A stretch of 64,000 bases of DNA from Balanoglossus misakiensis. Taxonomy: Eukaryota > Animalia > Hemichordata. A model generated the notes under the pieces. That model had not been told where the DNA came from, searched no databases, and saw only the letters and a list, made by a program, of their open reading frames with translations. The translations under genes were made by a program, and so were the position numbers. The DNA is taken from NCBI GenBank assembly GCA_040954595.2, contig CM082593.2, forward strand, positions 1,374,901 to 1,438,900. Direction: 5' to 3'. Shown here in pieces: positions 1 through 13,700 of the stretch. The first letter of the stretch is position 1, and the number at the start of each line of letters is the position of its first letter.

Positions 1-2200
1 CATTTATGACGACTAACAACTTAATGTGATTAATAGTATTTAAAGTCTTATCTATTCGTATGAAATCGCATTGAAGTTGTCGAATTGGCACATCTAAGCT
101 TACTATCTCCGGAGTAAATTAACACTCCTCGTAAAAGACACGCATGATGGTTCAAGTACTTTGAATTTGCCCATGAATTTGAAGTAGGTTTATTACAAGC
201 AGTTTTTTTGTGTGTGCCGACGCCTGGCCTTCAAAATCATGGAAACACCTGTCAAAGTCAGAATCAAGGCGAACGCATTATCTGACAGCGGGAAAGGGAA
301 AGAATCTCTGGGCTTTTTTTACTAAACCAATGAGTAAATGTTGACTTTGTGATTACAAGAAGCGACTACTGTTGTCTCACGATTACCCGATTTGCTGCGG
401 GAAAGCTTAACATACCTCCACTACTGCAAACGTAGCTTGTAAATTGAGAAGGGTTTTGAAATGTTCGAGTTCACCACCAAGATGGAGACAAGGAGGTGTT
501 TGGGGGTCAAACCCGAAAAGGGTTATGAAGTAAATATCTGCCTCTCGGAGGTCAGAGTTCGCGGGAGTTTTGGGTTGAGAGTTACGTGTGGTTGCTATTG
601 TGTACGGCGTGTCAACTGAGCGACAAAAATGGCAACTGGAAGGTGTATAGACAATCAGAAATCTCGACGATAGGGTCACTTCTGTTAAAAGGGAGGGTCT
701 TTTATGTTCTGAAACACGACAGACTAGAGACGCGAGAATTTCATCGGGGTTAAATCGACTGATTAATCCGAAAATCGCCAGGGTGGTGGAGGCATGTCCT
801 AAATCAAACAAGGCGGATGTACTTTGGTCGTTACGTCGTCTGCAGCCAATTTGCAGCATTGTTTAGTGATCACGACCATAATGACCCACAAATAACACTC
901 TTGGTCGGCTCAGTGAAGTATATTAGTTATTTCCCACGCGACACAGACAGCCAATGTTTCTCTATGCTTTCATATAGGAAGCGAGACACCTCCATATTGT
1001 ATTCCACATGGGTATTTCAGATAATCAACACGGTCTTTAGCACTTTGTCATCAAGTGAACTGACTGCTTCCCTGGCAATTGTATTCTAAACATAAACCCA
1101 AATCTTTTGAAACAGCAATTCAAAGCTGTTTCAAATTCAAATGAACTAAGAACGTGTTTGTAGCGACCCAATTCTTATTGACAGACCAAGTTTCGCTAGC
1201 GGCCCTATTTACCACAAACTAACTGTCCAAAGCAGACCAACCATGATTTCCTCACATTAGAAGACCCAACGTCCAAAAAGTTCGGGAAAAGTGCATTTAT
1301 AAATTCACAGCATGCATAATTCATCTGAATATCTAGGAGACAGATTCCTCCTCATGTCTATTCATGGATGTCCATTCATTGCCAGTACATGACAGTCGTT
1401 TTGTTTATTTTGTGTTGACGTTTACGGGTGTTGCATAACCGGACAAAGGCGAGTTGACTACCGATCGATTTCCCGTCGTCGGGGACTCTAAAACTGACAA
1501 CAAACTAGTTTTCAAACTATGTCAACTTCGTTTCATTTTTTACCCACAGCCAGTAGAACTACACGCGAAAGCACCGTGAAATGCATTATTGAAACTCAGA
1601 AAGACATTATCACATGATACCGTGTATTCGGCGCCGCATATTGTATTTTAAAGGCACATTTTATCATTTATTTACATATGGACGCTATTAAATGATTGAC
1701 CCTCCTTCAGATATCACACAGATATCGAAAAGTGATAGAGTTGAGATAATAATAATCTTGAGATCAACTTCATCAATTTAATGTTCATTCCGTCATTAAA
1801 CTAGTTTCGGTCATTTATTCTACACCTCCAGACATTTATTGATCTTTTCAGATCACCGACTTGGACCTCTGATCATAAATTATCACAATCTAACTTGACA
1901 AGAGCAAATGAAATTATTCTAGAATACAATCGCTGTAGACCTCTGACCTCATATCGCGAGCATGAAACTAGTTCACCCTTAATAAGCTCGAAAGGTATAT
2001 TATAGTTTTCAACAAGTTTAGCTGCCTATCAGAACTAAAGATTTGTCTTATCACGGTGTAAGCATGGAGCTAGCTCCATGGTGCAAGTATGATCATGGGG
2101 GGGGGGGGGGGTTAAACATCTCATGCGCAAAGAAACATACAGCTCGCGCAGGTGGTGTTATCCATTTCGTCATAGATAACAAGCTATTGCAGACACTTAC

Positions 2201-2378
2201 CGTAATCATCGGTGGTTACGTCACGAGCAAGTTTACACACAATCACGCAGAATATGTACATTCTTTCCTACCTGGATATCATGGCCATCTCTCTCCCTTC
2301 GTCCCTTGCACGTCCATCACCTTGTTCCAATTGTGGCAAATCTTGATTTCACATTCCAATGCCCAGCTCTTTATTTGA
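2201..2378 (-). other. Candidate internal exon of an unidentified minus-strand transcript (5'UTR or lncRNA)
   Basis: On the minus strand, a TTTTTCAG acceptor precedes 2378 and a G|GTAAGT donor follows 2201. Further minus-strand donors lie at 3880 (GTAAGT) and 415 (GAG|GTATGT). No recognisable protein. Confidence 0.35.
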
Positions 2379-4009
2379 CTGAAAAACCAGGAATGATAAA
2401 GAATTTTATTTTATTTTTGCGTCCTTTATAGCAATACATATCATTGCTCTTCTCCATACAGCATGCTCAATATTCTAAGAAAACTTATCCTGCTTGTGCG
2501 TGCAGTGAAACCTTTGTTGACAGGTAAATTCAACTCCGGACTTAATTCAGCTTTCAACAACAACAACCACAACAACAACAACAGCAACAACATGTGCTAT
2601 ATATAATAAATTATCATAGGAAATACATGAACTCTTCATACAGACGAATGTATATACACAATAATCAACAAGCTTTACTGGCTTCCATGCAACCAAGGAA
2701 TTCAGTCAATAAAAATAATCACAGGGTATAGTCCACCAGTTAAAAGGCCCTCGCTTTAAAATCTATAGGCGTATTGGGCGCCGAATAATACCCATTTTGC
2801 AAAGATTACCGAGTGGTTCGATCTGCGGGTTGGTTTTCTATGCAAACAGCACTTGAGGGGAAAGAGGGACTGCTTTCCAAAAAGGCAAAACATTAAGTGT
2901 GTGAAGAAGCCTTGGAGACTGGCGGATAGGATAGGATACGGTCACTTGTTACAGTGGCCGAGGTTAGGATCAGCTATTGTGTGCGAGACGTTGTTATGTT
3001 GTAAGTGGCCAACCAATGACGTCAATATGAGCAGACTGTACTTGAGCAATTGCTTTTAAAGTTTACCCAGCTAAGAAGTCCATTTGAATTCGCTGTGGGT
3101 TTTAAGGGTTGTGTCAGAACTGATATGAACGAGAATTAAAGCTGAGACGTCCATTTCAATGCACTGAGGGGTGTAGGGGTTGTGAACGAGAACCGTTGTA
3201 TTTGTAACATCACATTCGAATTTCATGCATGCGACGCCATATTGCACATGACCAGGTATCCATGTATATTTGTTGTTTGTGTTTACACAATAAAGCCTGC
3301 ACTTCAAGTAACCATGAATTGTTTAAACAACTACTAACTTTTGCGCTAGTTTCTATTACAGTATTTATTGAGCCATCACCTTGGGAGAGAAAAAAATATG
3401 TCTGTCATTATTGATCGGATTTCTCGGTAGAATTTTATAGTGTCGCTCTAAAATTGAACGAGCCGGATAGGAATGTGGGTAGTGTGAAAGACATGTACAA
3501 TCTTTCGTCAGTTATTCAGTCTGCTAACCGTAAAACGGCATGTTTGCCTGTCAAATATGGCGAAGCTTCTGCGACGTGAGGTAAACACACAGACGCCAAA
3601 CTAAACAGTTGAATGCACGCACCCTATACAACGTACGATATCAATCCGCGTAGACTAAACTAACACAGAAGTTTTTTCAACCTACACATTAGGACCAAAT
3701 GAGAAAGCCGTGTTCAAAACAAGCAGGTCACGGAAGGCCGCCCTCCTGCCGTGTATACCACCTGCAGGGGACGCCAGTTTGTATGTGTTAGAAAGCAATA
3801 CTTCGTCGCTTTAGGAACGACCTTTAGACAAACAGAGACTCTCAATCCACTTGACAGAGAAAAACCTACAAATCACTTACGTGAGCACGAAAAAAAGGAA
3901 CTTGATATAAAAAACATTAAAACGAACTTCTCCTGTTATTGAAATTAATTAATCACTGAAACTTTATTAGGACAAATCTGACACGTGGATAGAATTACAT
4001 ATATCAGCC

Positions 4010-5497
4010 GTTGTTATGGCAACAAATAGCTCGGGTCAAGGGTGATAGAAGTTCAATACACTGCTCAACTACTTTATTGTCCGTCTCGGTCGAGTACCGT
4101 ATCTACGTATTTTGTCAAAGGTGAATGGACTCGTCTTAAAAAGATCATGATAATCCAGGTCTGTAAAACCATATTAAACAACACAATGTGATCAACGACC
4201 CGCGAAAAATGGCTTGTAAGGGGAGTGGATTTTCGATCAACAATATAGAACCCAAACAAAAAGACAGACCTGACAATAGATTTTTAAGTCTTGTACCAAA
4301 CAAGGGTGACCAAGAAATTTGACAACGCCATTCTTTTCAGTGATGTAGATCCACTTAGCGTTAGACATGAAATGTTGCTGTTGTTGATAATGTCTAATGG
4401 TTGTTTTGGACTGTATTAAAAATTCGGGAAAAATGTTCGCGGTCATTTTCCATCATCAACGGAAATGGGCAGCGGTCATAACTTGAAATACCGAGGAAAA
4501 ACAGTTTCAAACATCTTCAAGACTGTGGCTGAAATATTCGATCTCTTGCTTTCTAACCGGCTTTGATCGAAAAGAACAGCACAGTGAAAGCTGAGGGTAT
4601 TTCTTTAAATAATTGATATGTTTAAACACGATATCGTTGTATCAATTTCCGCCCTTTAGAAACGTGCACCGCGTATCAACCTGTTGGCTTCCGCCATCTT
4701 TGAGGTTGCTTAGCAACCCATGGCAGTCAGACGCGGTCAACGTCGCGTCTACTCAACACATAGAAACCTTACGGAAATCAATCAATAATGTGCAATATGT
4801 CGTGAATTGAGGTGGTTATCGTGAACACGACATTGGCATACAATAAAAATTGTGAATTTCCCGCAATGTTGTGGTGGGGACGTCAGTGGGTCTCAGATAC
4901 ACAGAAACAGGCAGACCCTACACTCGGACTCAATGTGTCCCATTAACAAACACATATAAATTGGCTGGGTCATTAAAAACAAAGTGTGAAGTATTAAAGT
5001 GAACGTAGTCTGTGGAATTTTCATTACACCAACACACTGCACATAATAACCAGCCCCAAACAGCAAATTGGACGACCAATGAAAAGAAACTTCCTAGAAA
5101 CGACAGAATGTTTCTGAAGGATTTAATAAAAATGGCCCATAGCACCAGCTTATTAGTAAAGCTAATATTGCGCAACGCATATTAACGTTTTTATTCAATC
5201 GAACGCTTTAGACTCCAGCTAGTCGCCCCACCAGTGTTTACCTGTTCAGGAAATCGCTTCCCATCAAGTCGTAAGAATGTTGACAACTGCCGCTGTTTGC
5301 TGCGCTCTCGTCACGAATTGATTCACGGTTGGCGAATTGGCTAACAAATTATTCATCGATAAAGATCTTCTCTCGAAAATTTGCAATGAATAAATAACCA
5401 CTGCTTCCATATCAAATCTTTATTTTTAGAAATATCGACCGTAGCTTCTGGATTTCAGTTAGACTGGGATAAAACGACGAGTGGTTGCTATAGAAAC
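4010..5497. promoter_or_regulatory. Cluster of RFX X-box motifs upstream of the EFCAB6-like gene
   Basis: GTTGTTATGGCAAC 4010-4023, GTTGCTTAGCAAC 4705-4717 and GTTGCTATAGAAAC 5484-5497, plus YY1-type CCGCCATCTT 4691-4700. X-boxes are typical of ciliary gene promoters. Confidence 0.6.
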
Positions 5498-6094
5498 GCA
5501 AATCACTGTATTGCCCGCACTAGCGTTGTTTGATTTTTTACTTGTGAGCACGGTGAATCAACAGGCGAATCACAATGCAGTCTAGTTTTGGCCATCACCG
5601 AATATCCACCCAAAATGACAAACAGTGATCGACATTCGAAATTGTTTAATCATTGTCACAGTTTCAATAACCCACGGGGGACAAATAAATGGACACAGAC
5701 GATTGAACAGTGACCGTCTAAAATTCCTTCAGGCCACACAGAGGATTAAATAGGGGCTTTTGGAGCAACCTGGCGGGCATCTCCCTAGAGGACAATAACA
5801 GAGGCCTTAGATTGATCCCTTTTCGCTATTGAACTCTTACTGTGAATAGAGTGAATATTCTACTACTTCGGTTTATAGTTAATTTGAATACATCTTGTTA
5901 TCCTCCGCCAACAGCAAGGATATTGCCCACTTAACATTAACAATGTCGATGATTTATCGACATGCGCCCTCTCACGACATATACCTCTTTAATTTAAGCT
6001 GCAGGTGTACAAAATATTTAAATCATAAAAAAGCGAATCAGTCGTAGGCACATTTGGAGGATTGAACTAACATATACTTTTGATATTTTCCCAG

Positions 6095-9000
6095 GCGCAA
6101 GGGCTGATATCCAAAGCCGTGCAGAAAGCCGTGGCAGCGTCGCTTCCAGAGCCTCAAACAGACCAGACACCAGATTCAGATTAGAAGTTGACGAGGTAAG
6201 TTGGGATAAGTTGATTACTGACATAATATCAGTTGATGTCCTTGTATCGTTGTTTCGGAATTCTTATTTCCCCCTTTAAAAAATGTTTTCAACTTAAGTT
6301 TAGCGTGGAAAGGAAAAACCTTTAGGTCATTTGCTTACCTGAAATCCTGTCTTCTTTAGTGTTAATCCTGTGGATTCAGTCTCACAAGGGTCCATAGCTA
6401 GTGTGCTAAATCAGCCCATGCATTTTCTTCCTTCCTGTAGTTGGAGATGATATTACGTGATAAAGCCAAACGTGGTTTCTATGAACTGAGGAAGCTCTTC
6501 GTTTCAAATGATCCCGAGGGTCGGGGAACTGTCAGCAGAGATGCACTGCATCGTATTATAACAACGTTTGTCGGCCAATTTGTAGGACCAAAGCAGTTCA
6601 ACCATCTTATGGCCAGGTACGTAATCAAGGAGTAAGCATATCAGTCTCGATGTAGATATCAATGAAACCCAAGGAAAACTTGAAATATTTCTTTCGATGG
6701 TATATGACGTCCTAAGTAAATGTCTAGAAATTTCACCGTGACTTCACAGTTTTTGTCCAGCCAGAAATATGGATCTGCGCCACCAACGGAATACTAGTCT
6801 ATTTTTGCTGCTTTCGTTTTCACGTCACAGTTCAATGTGTATTAAACGACATGTCATTCCCACTTCATCTGATATTTCTACTCACCTCCAGACTACATCT
6901 TGGCGAGAAACAAGTGGTTCGACTGGACGAGTTTTACGCTGTTTTCCGTGAACCAGTCACTACAGAAATGCCGGCATGGATGGACCCTGTTAATAGACAC
7001 CACGTCGAGAAAATCACTATGACAGCCAGTCAGGTTCATTTACAACTCAAAGAAAAGGCAAAACAAAGGTAACTAGAGGGACAAATTTGATCGTCTGTCA
7101 CTCGAACGATGGACACAACACAACACAACACAACACAACACAACACAACACAACACAACACAACATAACACAACACAACACAACACGGACTATATGGGAT
7201 GTAAATTCTGATATCAAGTGATTGCTCTTTCGTTTTCAGATTTTTAGACGTGGCAGATTTGTTCCCTCAAATGAACCCAGGAGGTTCAGGCAGAATTCTG
7301 AAACCGGAATTTCGCAACGTGCTCAACAAGATGTTGTTCACAATGGACGATGACGAGTTCGATAAACTCTGGGCCAAGTAAGTGAACAACCATTTACGTA
7401 GAACATACTCGTTACATGTTTAGCAAGTACATCGAACCAACTTGTCGCGATCCCAAATTTTCAAAACACTAAAATTCCTTTGCATTTGGCATAAATGGAC
7501 AGCAAAAGCAAGCGTTCTACTTTTCGGCATTTCAGATATGACGTCGAAGGTATCGGTGTGATCAACGGAGAGAAGATGTTGAATAAACTTGGCATTTCAC
7601 TGCGATCGGAAACAGCCGGTTCCAAGGAGAGGCTTGATTCGGCGGAGTCGTCAGCATGTAAGTTATTTGCGTTGTTTATTTTATTTTACAAAAATTGTGG
7701 AAAATCTAATTTATGATGAAAAAATGTTAATGTAATGAACTTTCTTTTCTACAGCGGGTCGCAAACTTAAAAAAGCCGAAATCGAACGTGCCAAATCACT
7801 GAATGTGGAACGATGGTTGAAGAACAAGTTTAGGGAAGGATGTTCCAACATGATTGGTGAATTCGTTAAAGTTGACAAAGAGAAAACTGGAGAGGTAAGA
7901 GTTTAGTTGTTTTCTGTTTCCTATATATTGTTATTGTAGTTTCGTTTTTTTGTGTGTTTCTTGAAATGGCGCTTACAATTTCACTATCGTATAATTTTAA
8001 ATTCAATTTATATTTTCCTCTGATGAATATACGTTTGTATTTTGTTACCAAAGGTTGAGAAGGAAGACTTCAAGAAGGTTCTTGAGAAGTTCGGTCTGAA
8101 ACTAGACGCAGCACAAGTTGACAACTTCTGTGCACGGTGCGGAGTGGAGGTCACAGCTAACGGCAAAATTCCGTATAAGACATTCCTCCAGAGATTCCAA
8201 GATCGCAGTGAAACAGGAATGCCACACAATATACTGTCAAACCCGAACCACAAGTAAGTTCTAATTTCCTTTGATGCACCACCACCACTGAGAGACTCAT
8301 TGTATTTTAAGGTGTTCGAAACCAGATCTACCATTTTCATGTACAATTAATACCATTTCTATTTGTTTCACAGATTTAACAAAAGTGTGAGAAGTCAAAG
8401 CCCAAGTGGCGCGTCATCTGTCACGGCCGTAGAAGCTAAAGTCATGTCCATGTTCCAGAGAGATTTCTTGGCTCTGTTGGGGACATTCCAGTAAGTGTCT
8501 GCACTCGCTAGTAACATGCCGTCGTAATGTCTACATTTATCCATATTTCAAGATATAAACAATAATGTTGTTTTGGTTGTTTCTTCATTTTAGCAAAATT
8601 GACAAACAGCACACAGATCGCATCACACAAGAAGAGTTCCGAGCTGCCATTGAAAGCAGATTCGAAATCGAAATCAGTGACGATGAATTTGCAGAGCTGA
8701 TGGACAGAGTACCCCTTGACGACGAGGGTCACGTGAAATACCCAGAATTCATGACTCAGTTTGATACCAAGTAAGTCATCCGGGTCACAGAACTGATTTG
8801 ATTATGAGCGCCACCAACCGCGACCCATATAAATCTATTGTTTTCAACCACCTGTTGATTCTGCGCACTGAAATGGTATTCACACTAAAGAAATACATTC
8901 CTTACTCAACCAAAGTTCCCTCCACACAAATAAAATCTGGCAATATGATAATGATAATGTGTAACACTGATCATATCGTCGTCCTCTCTATAGGGGTACA

Positions 9001-10746
9001 ACAGCAAGTCTCTTTGACGCAAAAGAAGCAGTAGTAAAGAAGGCTGACATTATGAAAATACACCACGAAGAAACTGAAGAACCAATGGACTTTGAGGAGT
9101 TCAACAAGGGAAGGTCCATTAAGGAGGTCAGTGCATATTCTATGTCTGCCATCTGTATATCAGTATGAACTCTCTCATGTATATCTCTGAATGGATGAGA
9201 TAAACTGTTAATGGTGGTGACGTTAATGCTAGGTTTAATATGAACCTTTTCTCCCTTTATGAATGATAGCTGACAAGGGTTATCAAAAGGCTGCTGAAGA
9301 AACGTTATCAAGATGTTGAAGCAGAGTTCAACGAGTTGGACGAAATAAATTCCAGACGACTGACACAGGAAATGTTGTATGAACTGCTGAAAAAGTGAGT
9401 TATTTCTGGCCATTTCCTTTCACTAATGTTTTACATGTACAAACTTTCTTTTGGATTTTTACTATTAAATGTTGGGTAAGACACAAATTGATTTAACAAC
9501 CAATGCTCTCTATTTACTAGATTCGACATGAAACCAGAAGTGACCAGAGGAGAAATCAGAAAGTTATGGGATTCAATGATCACAAACGCTAACGGCACGC
9601 TCGACTTTCTTCAATTTGTCCGCCATTTTGGATACTCGCTCCGCTCGGCAGCTTTCCCGAACGCCAAACTGGTGCCTCCAAAACGAGGCGACGCCGACTA
9701 CATGATCAGGTCGCGCAAACTCAACTGCGCGGCAGACATGTTGGAGGATAATCTGAGGGCGAAAATAGACTACATGTGGGATGACCTGAGACGGGAATTC
9801 CTGGAGCTGGACCAGTATGGAACAGGCTTTGTCAGCAAAACCGAATTCAGGGATCTACTACAAGAACTCTGCGTACACCTGAGTGATTATGAACTTGAAA
9901 TGTTGTGCAGAAAATTTGACTCGAAGAAAGACGGCAGGTAAGTTAATATGCTTTGTAAAAGGTTTTTACGTCTTAAGATATTTTCCATTGCTATTCAAAG
10001 CGTAGGAAGCTGTTTTAATGTTATTTATTCATTTTTTGTTTATTTGTTTATTTATTTATTTACAGGATAAACTATATCGAATTCTTAAGACCGTTTGCTG
10101 TTAGAAAGCAAACCCATCGCGTTGGAAACCAAATGGCCCACGTGATGTCCCACCCACAGGCTGATCTCCCTCTGGCACCCATCGTAGATGAACCACAGAA
10201 AGGACTTAGTGGTCTCACAGCCAGACTTAGACAAAGGGTAAGGTTATGCATTGATTTAGTTGCTGTAGTTAAAGTGACGGACGGACAGACAGACAGACAG
10301 ACAGACACACTCACTCACACACATATAGGCAGACAGACAGACAGACAGACAGACAGATATAACCGTAGGCAATCTTACCTGTTGATTGGGATTGGTAGAC
10401 AGTACACAAACACGTGTCAGTAGTGTATTCTTCGATATAAGTTCCGTGTCTTTTGGAAGACCAGTAATTAATGCTGTATTTGATATCCTTCTTGCCATAG
10501 TTGGTGGATGACTGGCGGAATCTCCGACGAGCCTTTAAGAAATTGGATCCAGAACGTTCAGGTTATTTGTCAGTCCCAGAATTCCGCAGTGTAATGCAGC
10601 TATGCAACGTCGTTTTGGACGAGGATGAAGTATATCACGTGATGTCACAATTTGATGAAAATATGAGCGGAAAAATCAACTACAATAAATTTTTAAGCGA
10701 GACATTTAAATCCGAAATCAAGGAAACGCCTTACGCTTCTATCTGA
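6095..10746 (+). CDS. EFCAB6: EF-hand calcium-binding domain protein 6-like (multi-exon; 5' end unresolved)
   Basis: Exons 6095-6195, 6441-6616, 6892-7068, 7240-7377, 7536-7657, 7755-7894, 8054-8253, 8374-8490, 8594-8770, 8994-9126, 9270-9394, 9521-9937, 10066-10237, 10501-10746, all GT-AG. Many paired EF-hands (DPEGRGTVS, DKQHTDRIT, DQYGTGFVS, DPERSGYLS, DENMSGKIN) and the motif FPNAKLVPPKRGDAD typical of EFCAB6-like proteins. Start codon not identified. Confidence 0.8.
7113..7187 (+). repeat. (CACAA)n microsatellite
   Basis: Tandem pentamer array in an EFCAB6 intron. Confidence 0.95.
10277..10357 (+). repeat. (GACA)n/(CA)n microsatellite
   Basis: Tandem GACA arrays in the last EFCAB6 intron; a similar array lies at 15018-15056. 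Confidence 0.9.
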
Positions 10747-13700
10747 GTACTCAGCAAAGAGTACTTCTGCTGAATCGAGTTACATCACCGATATCTGTTG
10801 AGTACGTCAATACTTTTGTGGCGGACGTTTACTCTAAATATTCTGCTGTGCCTTTCGGTACACAAGTACCGAATAAATTATTCTGTGATGATACAAACAT
10901 TAAGCAACTCCTTCAAATTTCATCCAAACAGCCTTATGCCAAACCGAGAAGAGTAATATCAGCATTATTACGTGTCCGGGCGTTATTTGAACCTAACTGT
11001 CTGTCACGAGACGTTTTAGCCATGCCCGGATGTTGTACAGTATTTGATAGTGTGTGTGGTGCTTTATAGCCAAAGCGGATACAGAGATTTTCACTTGCTG
11101 TGATCTAGTGCTCAAAAGACGTTCGTGAAATTCTTGAATTCTATTTTTGTTGGATTTTTTGTCCTTGCATGCAGGGATTGTGTGCAGCAATATGTACAGT
11201 TTGATATTAATTGCAAGAGTGTAACCATACGTGCTGAAAGTTGATTTAGGCTAACATTGGGGTCGGACTTGTTATATTTTGACATTTTTGTTACTTGTGG
11301 TTTGTAGGAGAAATCGCCCATATTGTTCCGCAAATTGGACTACAAATGCTGACCTATGTTCGAATACCATTCTCATCTTGTAAATATAACATTTAACGAT
11401 CATCGGAACAACATTTCACGCACGAATCACAAATAACCGAAATATCAAAAGTGAGCGACTCTTCCCTAATCGTATTACTAAACCTCCGTCCACCAACTTC
11501 AGCAAAACTGTTTTTTATTATACAACTTAACGTGTGTGCATTATATACATTTTTTCACTTTTTAAAATGTTGACTTTACATTGACTAGAACCAAATTTAA
11601 GAATTATAATCTTTCCTTTTGAAAATATCGTGAAAAAAACTCAATTGGTTCAGCTATATTAATTCATTGGATTGTTATTTATCTGATTATGTATCTATGC
11701 AAATGTTGTATTGTGTTTGATAGAGGGAACCATGGTTTGTAGTGGATTTGCTGGTTTTAATTTCACACAAATAAAACATCCAATGTTTATTGCCGGGTAG
11801 TGTGTTTTAATGCAATCTCGCGACCCTGAGCCAAACGAGTAACGAACTGACCCGACATGACCTCATTTTGCATAACAACAGCTTGGCCAATCAGAGACCA
11901 GCCTGCATTTTACTGAATCTCGCAGGATTTTCTCTAAAATGAACAACTTCATAATCTGTGTATTCTCAGTGGTTTAACAAAATAAATGCAAAACAAAAAC
12001 ACTATTAAATCCACAGCAACATGTTTGTTGTGAAGTACGATTGAACTGTCTGAGTTATATACACGCGATGTTTACTTATACTAGTTTCTGGTTGGATGAC
12101 AGCAACTTTGTCAGTCGCCATGGAAATTGTTTTTGGGATGAGGATCGGAACCACAGCTTAGTCAGAACTTTACGCAGACTGCAATAAAAGCAGTCGTGTT
12201 TCAAATAAATGCGGCAATGCGCTGTCGATGAAATCAAAGCAGTGGTACTGGTAGTGAAATGAAATGTCCACTGTTTCTAGGGCCAATCACCAGGGAAAGT
12301 GTAATTAGATGCGGAGAGAAATATACAGCAGCTTGGTCAAACATTAAACTGAATTGCAAAAGTCCAGTCTGTTGCAATGAACCGGTATTTTCTTTTTCGA
12401 TGGAGATTTCAACAAGCGACGGGTCGATTATATTCTGATCCATCATGTCAACACGCGCCTGTGTCGATTGTCGCTTTTTTTCGTTTGATCTCAATTGGGG
12501 TAACCCCAAACGGATCTGCAAGCCCTGTACAGTACCGAGTAGGTGTTATTACACTTTTTCAGTGGGTGATTTTTGTTCAACTAACTTCAGCTGTGGCGTA
12601 AAGACATTGTTCCGGGAAAATTCAAAGTATACCACTCGAAATATTACTGTCGTGTGGCACGGGACCCGGAGAACAATACCTTCCAACGTTTTATGGCGAA
12701 GTTACCACTTGTAACTGTCGACATGTCTCTCTGTTTTTTTCATGGAAAATCTCTCCCCTACTTTTTCGTACTTGTCGCAATTCTAGCCCATATCTACAAA
12801 GAAAGGGGTTAATATATTGCGCTGATAGTTTATGAAATTTGATATTCGGAGAGACCGGCGCATTTGTTCGTTGAGGGAATCGCCGTGTTTGGATATTCCG
12901 GGGGCTTGGTTTGCTGTTAGTATCGCCCGGCCGCCTCTAAAGGTTTTCAGGGTGTCGATTGACATAGAGGGTGGAGAGCTCGCAAACAACCTTAGCGAAA
13001 GAGTTATGGTCGACATAATGTACTTTTCGTTGTGAAAGACTAAGGGCACCGTTCGTAATATTGGCACTGCATCAAGAGTGGCTGCGGCAGCCGTTGAGAA
13101 ATTGAGGCCATATTGGACGGCACGCGAGTGACGTGCGCCGGTCGTGTGTGAGTCTCCATACAGCCGTCAGCGCATCGCAAGCTGCAGTAATACCAGAAAA
13201 AAAACAGGACTAAGGCAAAAGTGATTGGCAGTTGGGGGAAAAAAAGCGAGCGAGCGAGCTCACGATACTCGGTTGACAGCGTGCTGCTAAACATCCTACA
13301 CAAGACCATCGGTAGCATTTCAATGTTGGCTATACACGTTTCGGTTTGTGCCTGGACAGCGATCTTCAAAACGTGGGAACGCTTAAAGTCGCTTGCAAAG
13401 ATACAAAGACCGGCGATCGCACGCAGCATGTGCAAATCTCTCAGAATTCAATGCGCTCAGCTTTTCTGCTGTCAATTATGAGAGAATAGATAGCGAGACG
13501 TTTTTAATGAGGGAATGAAAATGACAATTACGCAATGGAAAGTCGCACTGCATCATTGGTGATCGATGGTGTGAATAAATCCTGTTTCAAGTGCAACAAC
13601 ACGGGCTATGCACAAACCCCTAAACACAGGCTTCGCATGACAGAGAGAGAGAGAGGGGGGAGAGGAGGGTGATCAAGTATTTTATTGATGTATCTTTTTC

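Noticed and set aside
407-859. 150-aa minus-strand ORF ending at a splice donor
   Set aside because: No recognisable domain or convincing acceptor; only the donor is noted.
2765-2830. Pol III A/B-box-like spacing (GGTTCGATC at about 2815)
   Set aside because: No cloverleaf can be built and the A box is poor; not supportable as a tRNA or SINE.
381-3300. Short shared motifs between two G-rich blocks (381-700 and 2804-2982: GATTACC..CTGCGGG, GGTCACTT..GTTA, GCTATTGTGT)
   Set aside because: The matches are short and not colinear; consistent with chance.
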